DNA of 64,000 bases from assembly GCF_009914755.1 (NCBI RefSeq), contig NC_060932.1; one strand, 5' to 3'. The notes under the pieces are model-generated. The model was not told the origin of the DNA, ran no database searches, and saw only the letters and a list, made by a program, of their open reading frames with translations. Made by a program: the position numbers and the translations under genes. Origin of the DNA: the human T2T-CHM13v2.0 reference genome, Homo sapiens. Shown here in pieces: positions 13,861-28,610 of the stretch. Numbering within the stretch: the stretch's first letter is position 1; each line of letters starts with the position of its first letter.

Positions 13861-15071
13861 CCAGTCTGAGTTACGTGAATCTATTTTCATGGATATTAAG
13901 ATAATATAGGTCGTATATGGATAAGGTAGAAATCATATAGGTCATAATTTAATGACTAAAATTTAGTAGACATTGCTTTCATTAATGACTCTTTTAGTAC
14001 TTGATAGATTGTATTATCTTCACAAAGCTTTTGCTGTGGAAAATTCAGTTCAATAGAAGCTAATTGTGGGTTAATTATGAATAACCCTCCATGCTGAATG
14101 GTGTGAGGCTACCAAGGTCCACGTCATGGGAAGCTTCCCAGATGTCACGTTGAAGCTATGTCTAACAAGCATGAACAGGGTCTGCAAGCAAGGCAGAAAA
14201 GGGAAGCCAACGTACTAGAAAAGCCTAAATCATATTTGAAGGTATGAAGAAGTATGAAACTTTTAGGAAATTGCAAGTGTTCAGAAAATAAAGAAAATTG
14301 CCACCATCTTGTTTATAGGGAATGAAAGACTTGAAAAATGACACTTAACATCAGCCTGCAGAAGTACCAAGGGCCAATAATAAATTGGACTTAGGGTTTA
14401 ATTACATTAGTTGTGTAGCTTGAAATGTTTGAAGTTAACTCACCATCATTTACAATGATTTGTATGCCAAAGGAAATATGCATGAGCAGGGAAATATTTC
14501 CTGGATAGCTTTTTGCTTTCCATGTTAGGCCTTATGTCAGCTATCTAAAATGTAGAAGTGAGCAACACATTTATTGTTACTGAGAATGCATAGTAAAATA
14601 ACATGAATTCTATCATTTTTACAGCTAAGATGCTGTATAGATTAAGCAGAAAAACACTGGCAGCCTCTGATTAAAAAATAATGATTTTATTATTCTTTTT
14701 GGAGTTAACATTTATTTTTAACTAATGTTTCACTGTATTAAAAAATTCCTTTCAGAACTAAATACTATAGTCAAATACATTATCTTTGACACTATATTTT
14801 AATTGGTTATTGAAAAAATAAAAGCTCTTTATCACCTTATATTTTAATGCAATCTTTCAAAATGATTAGGCAGAAGATATTTTTCCTTCTAGTTTCAAAA
14901 ATATTTGTAGAATTTTTCTTAAAATACTGTAGGGAATGTCTATCATTTCTGAATAGATGTGGTTCTATCTCAAGGTTAAATATAACTCAATTGTTGAAAA
15001 AAAATTATAAACATGGAACAAATGTGTCTCTAGAATCAGGATTCATAGCATGTGGTCTTCTTTACTTGTAG

Positions 15072-15268
15072 GCTGAAGAAAAAGTCCCAGTCGGTGGATA
15101 TTAATGCTCCAGGGTTCAACCCTTTGGCTGGTGCAGGAAAGCAAACACCACAAGCCAGTAAGCCCCCGGCACCCAAGACCCCCATCATTGAAGAAGAGCA
15201 GAACAATGCAGCAAATACTCAGAAACATCCTTCCAGAAGGAGCGAACTGAAGAGGTTCTACACAATTG
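15072..15268 (+). CDS. OXR1: OXR1 internal coding exon (197 nt) encoding the N-terminal segment upstream of the LysM domain of the long isoforms
   Basis: Acceptor tctttacttgtAG (AG 15070-15071) and donor ATTG|GTGAGC (GT 15269). The exon is 1 nt + 65 codons + 1 nt: LKKKSQSVDINAPGFNPLAGAGKQTPQASKPPAPKTPIIEEEQNNAANTQKHPSRRSELKRFYTI, recognised as the OXR1 N-terminus (continues DTGQKK; paralog NCOA7 has RRTELKRYYSID). GC-richer than its flanks. Confidence 0.96.
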
Positions 15269-17460
15269 GTGAGCACCAGATGTTTTATGCAAGTGAATAG
15301 ATGAAATCTACCTAAATGGCATTGAGAATTTCTGGGTCTGTTTAGTTAAGTGGCTCCTTGTTATAAAACATGTAAATCTTTCTGATGGTTTATTTGGACA
15401 TTTTCTTATGTGGTCTGAACATAAAGATGGAAAACTACTGAAAAACTTTCAGCAAAGTTAAATAAAAGCAGGCTTGAGGACCTTCTATATCCTAACCTAG
15501 GGGAAGTAAATATACATATACGTACATATACGTACACATATACTATCTCTCTCTCTCTTAGGTTTTTCAATTTTTAACTTTGTGTGCTATTTTCATTTTA
15601 GCCATTGTTCAGCCAGCACCTTTCTTGTTTTTTGTTTTTGTTATTTTCATTTTCCCTTCAGGCTCCCAGGTCTCTGAACCTGTTCCGTCAGGTTGTTAAG
15701 ACTGTGGTTGACGTTAGCCTGTAACTAACAAAGCCAGTAAGAAAGTAACGTTATTACATTCTGAGAGAGGACAGATTACATTGTGGGTCTATTTTGACCT
15801 TGCACCTTGCTTTACTTTGGAAAAATTGAATGACATCCAGGCCCTTCATAGGGAAGAGTAATAGGATATGGCTTGGGTTGTGCAGGCATTACATTATTTC
15901 CCCCAGATATAATGATATCCTGTAATTTTTGTATTTTAACATTTAATCAGACAGTTGTAGGCAATCAGTCCAAACCAATCAAATTACCAACTTTAGTGTA
16001 CCATATTAGCCCAGCATGTCTTTGGCCTTGCTTTTTAATGAACAATAGCAGCTTTTAGTGTCTTCAGTCTATCTGAGACAAAAGTTACTAAACATCTAGT
16101 ATATGGGAAAGAATGGTGTGTAGGGGAGACAAATCCACCCAAAAAGAGTGTGGCTGCTTTGGCCTTGCTTGTTACTTCAATTTGGAGAGATTTGGTCACA
16201 TCCAAAAGCTGTAATAGTAGAGACTGTGGCTTAATGGGTTAACCAGTGTTACATCAAAGAGGGCCTGTTTTCTTTAAAATTTACCATCCTCACCACTCCA
16301 GTATGAGACTGTTTGCTTTAAGATGATTGAAATCTTTTTCTTTGATTTTTTAGTAGCCATTCCTAGAAATGATCATCAGGAGACCAGATTTCTAGTTCTA
16401 ATTCCTACAACAATTTCCTGTGTGACTCTGTCAAGTCATTTTCCAATGTCTTTGGGTTAAATTCCTTCCTTCAAGCTGAAGAAATGCCTCCATGTAGGTT
16501 TAGCCTTATTTCAGAATTTGGCTGCTAAAACCATGCTTTCTCTTTCCACCATTTTATGTCCTCTTCTTATATATTCATTCTCAGGCTTCCTTTTTCCAGA
16601 TGGTCAAGTCTTATTTTCTAAAAGGCAACAAGTATGGTGTCAATGAGACTGTCCATAGTCAGGTAATGAGAATTAATAAAAGTGTAGACAGGCACATATT
16701 TCCATTTTTAAAACCTATGCTAGCACAGTTCCTCAAATCAATTGACTAGAAAAGCTCACAAAGTCTACATAACTCTCTCCAATTACCACTATCCTTCTCT
16801 CCTCTGCAATATGTCTGTCGCCTTCTATTGCTTTTCTAATTAGCGAAAAAGACACAATTAGTATTTTTTCCTTCAGCAAATAAAGCTTATCCTACAAACT
16901 CAATGTTCCTTAAAAATTAGAAAAAAAGGGAGAGATACTGACCAACTTGGCCACCATGACTAATGGGCTAAGCCTAGAAAATAGAAGTCTCAAAAGGGGT
17001 GGATTGCAAAAAGATGAACGATGAGTTATTTTAAATAATACCACCACTCATGAATTCTTCACTATTGAATTGGTAACAATTTGATTCATAATCAATGGGA
17101 GTGGCATGTCTATTGTGTTAAAAGAGACATCTGAACTGTTAAATATACTCTATCTATATAACCCTTTTAGTAATTTGGACCTGGAAACATTATTTTCAAG
17201 GCTAACATATTAGCAACCGTATAATCACCGGTATTGAAAGTTCCCTTTACAAAACAAATGTACTTCTATGTCTCTTAGTAAAAGTATTAGTAATAAACAA
17301 TAAAAATTTTCATTTATTGATAATTTCATATGCCAGGGGCAATTTAAGCTCCTGGGTTTTATCCTCAATTCACCCTCACAACAGCTTGGACAGGTAAGTG
17401 TTACACCCTATTTTTATAGATGAGGATAGAGCCATAGATCATTTAAAGATGGGGTCATGA

Positions 17461-17869
<409 letters not shown>

Positions 17870-18244
17870 AGCTGGAAGAGATTTTATGGATAATATAGTG
17901 GAGTGATATTTTTACCACAAGTCCCAGAGAATCTCAGTGAAGGAAGCCTTGCCAACGAACGAACCCGTCTACAAGCCAATATGCTCATTCATTGAAAGAT
18001 ATTTTTCAATATCTCAGTTTAAAGTTTATACTCCTGGAAAACTCTAGGAGCCCTCTTGTGGCCAAGTAAGTGCATTTAAATTTAGCAATGAAGTTTCATA
18101 CTATAGTTACTATATACATTCAAGCAATAATTTTAGGGCTTAAAGGATTTTCAAATAAAAAATAATAACTAGAAAAATGTTACAGCCATTGAAGTGTCTT
18201 TTAGTGGCTGCAGTGGCTTTTCTAGAATTATTTTCCTAGAAGTA

Positions 18245-18579
18245 CAGTTATTCTTTAGTATTCAGGGAGTAGAGGGGATTGGTTCCAGAACCCTCACAGA
18301 TACCAAAAATCTGCAAAGCCCAAGTTCCTGATATAAAATGGCATAATATATGCATATAACCTATGCACATGCTCCTGTATACTGGAAATCATCTCTAGGT
18401 TACTTATAATATCTAATACAATGTAAAAGTTATAGAAATAGTTGTTATACTGTATTTTTAGTCAGTATTGTTTTATATTGTTGCATTGTTACTGTTTATT
18501 GTTTTTACTCTGGAATATTTTCAATCAGTGGTTAGTTGAGTCCATAGATGCAGAGCCTACAGATATGGAGGGATGGCTG
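18245..18579 (+). mobile_element. MER2 (Tigger family) DNA transposon
   Basis: TA|CAGTT...ggggattggttccag...gatatggagggatggCTG|TA. Confidence 0.85.
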
Positions 18580-18874
18580 TATAATAAAATTCCATTGATT
18601 TAGAATAAGTAGGGGAAAGCTAGTCACTATTGATGTGAAATAAATGAATCTTCAGATAAAAGGAAAGTAATCACCATGTCAGGCTGTGGTTCAGGAAAGA
18701 GCATTTTCTGCCCTGCTTCCATCACTAACTGTGTAATCTGGCACAAGTTATTTACCATCATTTTACCTTAATACTTACATGTGTACAATGAAAGAGAGAA
18801 ACCAAATCTTGTCTTTCAGAGTTGTTTTTCTTCTTACTCTCTTTTTATGATCACAACTGACCATAGAAAGTACT

Positions 18875-19468
18875 GTATAAGTTTTCTATTGCTGTGAAAC
18901 AAAATACCACAACGTTAGCAGTTTAAAATAACACCGATTTATGAACTCACTGCTCTGTAGTTCAGTCCACACGGTATGACTGGATTCTCTGCTCAGGGTG
19001 TCTCAAGGCTAAAGACAGGGGGCTAGCTGGGCTGTGTTTTCATCTGGAGTTTCAACCAGGGGAAAAATTGCTTCTAAGCTCATTCTTATTGTTGGCAGAA
19101 TTCAGTCCCTTGCAATTGTAGGGCTGAGCTACCCGTTCCTTGCTTGCTGTCAACCAGGGACCACTCTCAGCTCCTAGGGGCCACTTGCTTTTCTTGTCAT
19201 GTGGTCCCCTCCACCTTCAAGTAAAGAACTTCACATCAAATCTATTTCATTTGGATCCTCTGCCTCAACCAACCAAGAATACTCTCTGCTCTTAAAGAAT
19301 TCATGTTATTGAGTCAGGATCACCCAGGTAATTTTTCTGTCTTAAGGTCCACACAACCTAATCACAGGAATAAAGTCCATCATAAATTCCAGACCCTGGA
19401 GTTATGCAGGTATGTACACCAGAGGGGTGGGAGATCTTGGTGACCATTTTAGAATTCTGCCTATCACA
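18875..19468 (-). mobile_element. MLT1 (MaLR) LTR, MLT1E/F-like
   Basis: TG...CA ends; ctattgctgtgaaacaaaataccac, tgttggcagaattcagtcccttgc, ttagaattctgcctatcaca. Confidence 0.8.
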
Positions 19469-19809
19469 TTTTACAGCACCACCTGATATATACACATGCA
19501 AATACCAATATATCTCAGATGAAATTTCTTAAAAGCACTTCCATTACTATTTTGACTACTTATAGAATGGAATATTCTATAGAATATGAAATAGAATACA
19601 ATATTCTATTTCATTTTTTTAAAATACAGTCTCAACTCACTAAGTTTATTTCATAGTCCATTAATGGGCTATGACCTGAAGTTTGAAAAATCACTGGACT
19701 TGATATTTGAAATCCTTCAGATACTTAAACTTCTATTATTCTTTGAAAAATAGAATGGTTAATTAGAGCTAGAATAAAAAACATTAACTTAGTGGAGTAG
19801 CACTAATAG

Positions 19810-20133
<324 letters not shown>

Positions 20134-21264
20134 TGGAGTGGAATTTTTTACCACTCCAATTATTGTTTGTGTTACATAAAACCATTTGAATTTGACAGTG
20201 AGCATAAGAAACATATCCTTCAAAACCACAGCCCCTACTTAAAGATAGATAATGAAGCCAAATAGTAGACTCAGATATTTGTGATAATCAGCTTATTTCA
20301 CTACCCTTCATTCAAAGAACTACATATAAGGACTTCTGAAAAATATTGTAAATTAAGCATGGAGGTAGTAAAGAAAACTGTGCACACAGGAACCAAGCAT
20401 GTACGATTGCTCCCTAAGGTATACCTGTACAGTTCTATGTGATATTGATTCCTCACTTCAGGGAACTGGCGCTGGAATTCATATATCACGGTCCAGCTTC
20501 TGCAACTATTAGTAAAAGCTCCTGATGTTTTTCTATATGGAGGACTTTTGCTGGACAGTTAGGAAATAGGACCACTCTTGAATGAATATCCACACGATCA
20601 GAATCACTCAGTGACACACCAAACAGTGATTAGTCCCTGATCAATCCCTGCTGTGTGAAGGCCTCATAGAAGATGCTGCTCAGAATAGAATGAAAAATGA
20701 AACAGAGAGAGCCCTGCTTTCAAGGCAGCCATCGTATGCGTTGGGAAAGAGCGTGCCTGGTTGAAATGAGCACACCGGTAAGCAAAATAGACAACAGAGA
20801 ATGTCCTAAATGCCATAGAGATGGGAGAGAGGGTGGTGTGTAATGAATGAGGGAGGGGGCAGCAGGAGCCAAGGGATATTCAGAGTACCCTGGAATCCAC
20901 AAAATGGAGAAATCTCAGATTGTATAGATGCTCAGAGGGCCTTTATGGGCTCCATAGAGCAAGACACCCTCACCATCCTCCTCTGTTTTTGCTTATGAGC
21001 TCCCCTGGCATCTGCACTTCTCTGTGCCTCCTGTTTTCTTGTGTTGGCATGTCTGTCTCCATACTGGTTCTCAGTTCTTAGGAGGAGGGAATGGTGCCTG
21101 CAATCTTATTAATCCCAGCACTTAGTGCAGTGTGAGGCACACAGTTAAGTGCCAAATAACTATGGAGGGCAGAGAGGATAGTTAGAAAGGGTTATGAATC
21201 TTGTCCTTTGAAGTGGAAGAGGAGAGGAGGGAGTCTGCTCAGAATTCAGTTGGAGGACGAGCTT

Positions 21265-21480
21265 AACATTTACTGTGTGCCAGGATCTTTAAGCAATTTA
21301 TTCACATTATCTCACTATCCAAAGCTCAGTGACACAGGGTAATGGCCTCACTTTCATGAAAATCAGAAGTCCAGAGAGGTTAGGAGATTTGTCTAAGGTC
21401 ACAGCTTCCCCAAATAGCCTAGATAGGATCCAGACCCAGTTTAATGTAATTGCAGAGCAAAGGCTCTTAAACACCACAAC
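21265..21480 (-). mobile_element. MIR SINE
   Basis: cagagaggttaggagatttgtctaaggtcacagc. Confidence 0.6.
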
Positions 21481-21989
21481 GTGCTATCTGTTTACCCCTC
21501 ACCGTAAGTATACAGCTAAAAGATTCTTCTGTCTGTAGTCCATTAGAGAAGGATTGGAATACCTGGTGTAGCAAACAATAAGTAAGATAATTACAACCTT
21601 TATGTTTATTTTTTAAAAGTCCTCTTTTATTACTTATGCCACCTAAATGCTCTCTGCAACTTCGTAGAAAAGCCAGAAAAGCTTTCAGTTTAGCCTTTCC
21701 TCGGCAGGGCTCCTGAATAGGTCCAAAAGGGGGGCTCCTCGGCTAACAGGTGTTTGAATAATACCTCTGGAACTTTCCTTCAGTTGAAATCTCTCCCTCT
21801 CAGTTTCTCACCTTGTCAAGGGAATTGACAGTCTATTTGTCCCTTTTAATCTTGTTTGTCTTCAGGATCAACCTCTCCCTTTTATCCTATCTAAACTAAT
21901 CTCACTGTAACACCTTCTTGTAAGACACAGTCTACGATTAATCATCCAATGTTCTTTACACAGCCATTTATAGTCATTTAGTTTCAGAT

Positions 21990-22200
21990 AAATGAATTAA
22001 ATAAATATGTATTGAATGCCTACTATGTTCCAGGCTGTGTTCAAAGTCCTGTGAATAAAAGATTAAACTAAGGCCAGCCCTCAGGTGCTTATATTCTAGT
22101 TGGGAAGGCAGGCAATAAATATACAATCAGGTATTTAACACACTGTCAAGTAATGATAAGTTTTTAAAGAAGAATAAAATAGATTAAGTGAGAGAGGTGA
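21990..22200 (-). mobile_element. L2 3' fragment
   Basis: aaatatgtattgaatgcctactatgttccagg...gcttatattctagttggg. Confidence 0.7.
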
Positions 22201-22573
22201 TATGTTATTCACGTAAAATATGTTTAAATCTTATACAATTTTTATGGACATTCTAGATGATGAATTGTCTCAGCTCTAACTGGGAACTCAATTGGCTGGA
22301 TTCGATTACAGGACATTAGACGCATTAATAATAGATTTTTCAGAGTTGTTTTTCACCTTCCTTGGAATCAGATTAGCTTATGAAAAGACTAATGGAATTG
22401 ATATTTGCAGCATGAAGGAGAAAATGATTGAGGGGAAATTTAATGACCCTCATGCTTCCCCACATTGTTTTCAAGAGGAGGTATCCAGATGTCCATTTCT
22501 ACCAACAATGAATAAGGAGTGTGGATTAAGCTATAATTTAGAGTATTGAAATTAAATATCAGGGAAAATGTAA

Positions 22574-22895
<322 letters not shown>

Positions 22896-24119
22896 ATGTA
22901 TAGCTATTGTCTCTTCAGAGTGGTTTAGGTGTCAGCTTGCCAGAGGGAAGGAGAAAATTAGCTCTCAAAGATCCTAATTTTTTTGATCAAGGCCATGAAA
23001 GCTGTGTAGTCATTCAGTGGGTGTTTATTGAGCTCCTTCTTTTGCTCAGGAAGGCAGGTGAATCAATGGTGAGGAACTTGGCCTTGAGAATCTAAAGTCC
23101 AAGTTGGACCTTTATATTCCTCCTGCTAGTTATGAGACCATAAACAAAGTAGTTAGAATCTCAAATCCCAGTATGCCTCTTTATAAAAGGAAATAAAACT
23201 GTTGCTTACTGAAAGGGCTGTGGTGAGGTGTAAGTGAGGTAATGTATTTAAAGTACTTATATTAGTGCCTAGGACTTGCAAGTTCTCAGTAAATATTAGT
23301 GAGCTTGTTGTTGTTGTGAATTAAGGATAGAGTATGAATGAAGCACCATGGTACCTGCTCTCATGGAGCTTATATGAAACAAGCCTCTTGTCTTGACCTT
23401 TGTGGATCTGATCAAGTCATCCCCTGTTTAAAACCCGGCAGTGGTTCCCCACTTCCACAAAATAAGGTTGTTACTCTATAGATCTTTCATACTGCGCTTA
23501 CCTTTCATCAGCTTCATTGCAGACCTCAGCCCTACACTCCAGCCAAGCTAAAAACTCTTTGTGGTTTCTCAAAGTTGTAATTCTGTATGATGTATCTTGG
23601 GCTTTTCCTCCTGCCTAGAATAGTGATACCTCCGCCTCTTTTAGCCTTCTGATTAACTATTCATTTGCCAGGATTCAATCCAAACGTCCTTTACACCTGG
23701 CCACAACTTCTCTAAATCTGATTAATATGAATACATTTCAAGCATTTTAATATACAGATTGTCAGTCTTTTAGGTGACTAACATATTGAATTTACTAAAT
23801 TTAATAAATGCTTATAACATTTTTATAGAGTGAGTGGAATTAAGTCTCTGAAAGTTAAATGACTTATTCATGGTCCTACTGTAAATAGTTTCAAAGCCAA
23901 GGGAACAATCTAAGTAAAATGGCCAGTGGTAAAGAGCTCATCCTCTACATTGATTTTCAGATCAAATTCTCTTTTCAAAAACAAAAATGAAATTAGATCA
24001 TTGATGGAGATCTCATTGAGTGGTTCCCCAAGTGCTAGTCTATACCATTGATGGTGAAAACGATGCAATAATAAAAGAACAGTAGTTTTTCATAAGACGA
24101 TACTTAGTTGAAGTGACTG

Positions 24120-24240
24120 TCCTTTCCATTTTTTCTTTCTTTTTTCCTCTTTTGTCCCCTCCCTCTTTCCTTTCTTTCTCCCTTCTGCTCTTTCTTCCAC
24201 CCTGTTTCCTCTCTTTTTCCTTCTTTCCTTCCCTCCTTGT
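24120..24240. repeat. CT-rich low-complexity polypyrimidine tract
   Basis: ~120 nt almost exclusively C/T on the + strand. Confidence 0.85.
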
Positions 24241-26355
24241 GTTAAAATGAATGGTCTTTTGTGAAATGACTGCTTAGTTATGGTATCAGTTTAGGATATT
24301 TGTTTAAGTCTGTTCTTTTAAAATTATTTTACTTGTCAAAATATTAAGTTGGGAAATGGTCCCTAAAATATTCTCTTAAAATTGTGATGGTCTGTGAAAT
24401 TGCAAATTCTAAAATCCAATGCAATGATCCTGTCTTTTGCCCTGCTTGCAGGATAGAATACCTTCAACATTCCAAACTTAACGATGCACAGTTAAATACA
24501 AATTTGTATCTTACTAACCCCAGGCTGCTTACATATTGAAAAGAGAGCCTATGGAATTAGGGGTTCCCTGGGAATTCTTCTCAGTAGTAGGCAAAATTAA
24601 AACAGTAATAACTAGTTTGGAAGCTCTGAAGAGAAAAGCAAGACACATATTTAACTGCTTTTTAATTGCAGTACACCAGACACTTTAAAATATCATCACA
24701 TAACTTGTACGCCTCTCATTTAATAAAAAAGATAACCCTAAAGTAACAATACTATAACAGGAGGTTAAAAAATAAAAGGAAAAAACTAATCTTGCTAGAG
24801 GTGGCACATTCTGCAGTGTGAAACTAGGTCACCACTGACCTGGAACGTTCTCTCCAGGTTAGAAGATTCTTCATGGAAAAGCAGGAAGTCTCTGTGATTT
24901 AATCAACAGAACTATCTTGGCATGCAGGTCACTGTCTATAAGCACAGAAACTAAAACACATAGCTGCTCTGAGGATTCCAATTAAATTAAATTCTTGAGA
25001 ACTATGACTTTGTTTGAATTGAAATTTGTTTTGACAGTTTGATGGCTTTTTACATTTTCTGGATCACAAAAATTTTTAGGGAAAATTATTTCATTTGCTG
25101 AGGTTTCTTGTTACACATGGAAGCTAAAAGTCCCTAAGTGGACCTGGGCATTTCACAGCTTTTGAAGAGTGGTTCAAAGTTTGTGTAAGTAGCCAATATG
25201 GAATTTTTTTTTATCAAGATAGTGGAATTTGAGGATATCAAGATTTCAAGTTTAGCTTTTTGGTTCATTTGTGGATTAATAAGACCATGGGATTCAATAT
25301 ATGTTTCTGACAGTCTACATCTCCATGTGCATGTTTGTTGGGGGCGATATTTGATTGGGATTTTATTTTACAACATTTTTCATTTATTTCATTTAATATC
25401 TACTTTAAAACATGAGATTAAGGAAATCCCACAAGCTGAAACTACTTTCAACTCTAAAATTAATATGAAAGCTTTATTTCTTTCAAGATAAATTAGATTT
25501 TTTTTAACCAATCATTTATGTAATTTTAACTAAAATTTACCAAGGAACCGGAGGTATTCTCAGAATGAGAAAAAATATGTTTGCTTGATATTCCTATAAA
25601 TTTGTAGTGCCTATAATTTGTTAAATAAGCTTGCCAACTCTAGTTTTATAGCATTAGTACCTTATTTTATAGATTTGCTTTATTCTTTTTTGCCCTGATT
25701 CTGTGATTGTTCTCTGTCAGAAGTAATCAACCCAGAATCAAGAAACACAGCTTAATCATGGCCATGATAAACAGATTAAGAAATGTCAGTAACCCTGAGG
25801 TCTCCTTGAGCAAATGGTTTTGGTATTATGTCTGAGCTACAGCCTAATAGTCTTATAACTTATTCAAAAACAAATTATATCTGTCAATTTATTTAATGAT
25901 TTCTAAACTGCCCAATTAAACCTATACTGGTTTAATTTATGGAATAATTAAAATGGACATTGTTCATGGTTGAGAAATAAGCATGATCCTGTTTGAAATT
26001 TCCTAAATCACTATTAAAATTAGTCTTTCACTGCTGTTAGCAAACAAAACTTGCCCTTTTAACCTGCTAACACGTCTATGAACATCCCATTTCACTGAAT
26101 AATGGTGAGGGGAAGAAAATGACAAATTATTAAGCAAGACCTACTCTATTTTAAACATTTATAGATAGAACTAATGGCGATTTGAACAGTGAAGTAATAT
26201 GTCTACATTTCCCAATGTTTTCATTTTTTTAGGAGTATGAATTTAAAGAGCTTCTAGGATCTTGCTCACATTCAGAAATGAAACTATTGGTATCTCCTGA
26301 TTTTTTTTAATTTGCTTTTCTTCCCACGTTGTACCTAAGGATATATATTTTCTTA

Positions 26356-26512
26356 TTTGTTTTTTCTTCTTTTATGAGATGAAGTCTCAGTGTCATCCAG
26401 GTTGGAGAGCAGTGGTACGATCATAGCTCACTACAGCCTTGAATTCCTGGGCGCAAGTCAGCCTTCTGCCTCCAGGGTAGCTGGGATTACAGGTGTGCAT
26501 AACCGTACCGAG
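26356..26512 (-). mobile_element. Alu monomer (FRAM or AluJ right arm)
   Basis: gatcatagctcactacagccttgaattcctggg...gtagctgggattacagg; single arm only. Confidence 0.8.
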
Positions 26513-28384
26513 TCAAGATATTTCTTTACATGTAAAAATACTACAGGATTTATGCTGGTCAATGAAATTTTGACCATGTTAACAGTTATGACTGAAAGAA
26601 TATTACTTATGAGAATGGAAAAATAGGTAAAAACCAGACACAACTGGGGGGAGAATCTTCTATTGCTGTTTCTACCAAAGTTTTGAAACTACTTTTACTA
26701 TAGTTAAAAACTGTGAATTCAACTGAAGATTATAAATGTTACAGTGACCATTCATGATACATTCCCTATATATTATGTGTACATCTACATAGAAGCAAGC
26801 TATTAGTAAACAGCTTTAAAATTCACTAACTGAAATTTTGTGATCATCTGAACAAACTGAGATAAAAAGTCTTTGTGTTAGTACAATATGAAAAAAAAAT
26901 CTATGTGGGTTTATAACTGAAACATGATTTCAGGACACAGAAGATATTAGGTTCAGCAATTTAGCTTAGAAAACTGCTTTTTGGTAGGGAAAAATATGTA
27001 CTAAGAGAAATTAATAAGTTGGTTTTAAAGTAAGGTTATTTGTTAGTTTATTTTATGTTACCATATATGTTTGAAAATAATAAAGTGAAATTCCTCCAAA
27101 ATATTACATGAAAAAGTTTAGTTAATTTAGATTGGTATCTTTTGAGGGAGAAAGCCCATAATGTGTCCTTAATTATGACCAACAAATCTTAGCATTCTGT
27201 TTGATCATTAATTTGATAAGCCTCTTTCATAAATCTGAACCTTCTGTCTTACAGAAAAAGACTAATATGCTTTGTAGAAAAAACTAATATGCGTTGGATT
27301 TAAATGAACTCTTTTAACTAATGTAATATAAACTCTTAATGAATGAATTATTATATTTATAAACCCTCTTAGTATGAGAAACACTATGGATTAGGCATAT
27401 AGAGGCAGCTCAACCCAGTATACAAATCAGTAAGACTTTTAACAGTATTTGCCTCCCTGCTGCATTTCAATGTTCTCTATTTGCTAGGATTTGTACTCAA
27501 AGATTCTTGGAGGTTATTGTGTTGCTTAAATTTTCATACATGTTGATAGAAAGGGCATTGATATCCTCTCTTAGTTTTCTGAGCTAGAGGGGGCAAAAAT
27601 TATCTTTGATAACATATTGTAGATAAAATATCATAGGTGCCCACAGAGAGTTGAACCTTGTGACTCTGATTTATTGAGTGTCTTACAGGCCAATTCAATA
27701 GAATTTCTTTTCCAGTTAGATAGATTCCGTTTTGAAGTCTTTTTCAAGTACTATTTCAAGGGAGGCAAGATGTGGCAAAATCAGCACAATAATATTTACT
27801 CTAAGTAAAGAAAAAAGGTACGTGGTGTGCTGTTTGGGGTACAAAGTTTTTACTTCCTGCTTTAAATAATTCTCTCAAGTTGCAGATCTTTTGTGATATG
27901 AAAAACACTCGTGTAAATAAACGTATAGTGAGTGGGATGGAATGGGGATAGCCAAAAAGATGCACTTAAGGAAAAGGGGAATATAAATAATAACTCTGTC
28001 TCTCCATGCTTTCTTCTTTCTTTTTCACCTCCACCCCTATATAAGCCTGGGTAAACCTCAATTCAGTGGACAATTTTAAGAATGCTTACTCATTCATTTA
28101 AAAATATGATTGAATGCCTACATTATCAACTACCAATAGTTGGAAACAAGGCTTGAGAGAGAGGAGAGGGAGTCTTGTGTGCTACACCATGGAATTTGGG
28201 CTTACTCTTGGCGTCTTAGGAACTTGTGAAGGGCTTTGCCTAAGGCAGTGTCTTGATGAGATTGCTTTATAGAGAGATATTTCTAGCATCACATGGAGAA
28301 TGGTTGGGAATTTATGTGCCTACAAAGAGAAGAATCTTTTAGCCATATAGTGTAAGAGCTAAAAAGATAGCATATTATGTTATT

Positions 28385-28610
28385 TAAGAGCCTTGGCTCT
28401 GGAATTACATACAATTGGATTTGGATCCTACCTCTGCTATTCTGGGCAGCTCTGTAACCTTGGACAAGTCACTTAATCTCTCTGGACTTCTGATTTTCAT
28501 GAAATTAAGGATATTACCTGGTATTACTCAGATTTGTAATATAAGATAATGTATATAAATTGCTTAAATGATCCTGGCACACAGTAAGCACACAATAAAT
28601 GTTAATTAAA
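28385..28610 (+). mobile_element. MIR SINE
   Basis: accttggacaagtcacttaatctctctg...cctggcacacagtaagcac. Confidence 0.8.

Larger units (their letters stand above)
1..15071 (+). other. OXR1: OXR1 intron upstream of the coding exon (3' part)
   Basis: Ends in the acceptor of the coding exon; repeat-rich, no other credible coding exon seen. Confidence 0.85.

Noticed and set aside
15052-15300. 82-aa ORF as a stand-alone gene
   Set aside because: It is the OXR1 exon plus intronic flanks; the start is a GTG upstream of the splice acceptor.
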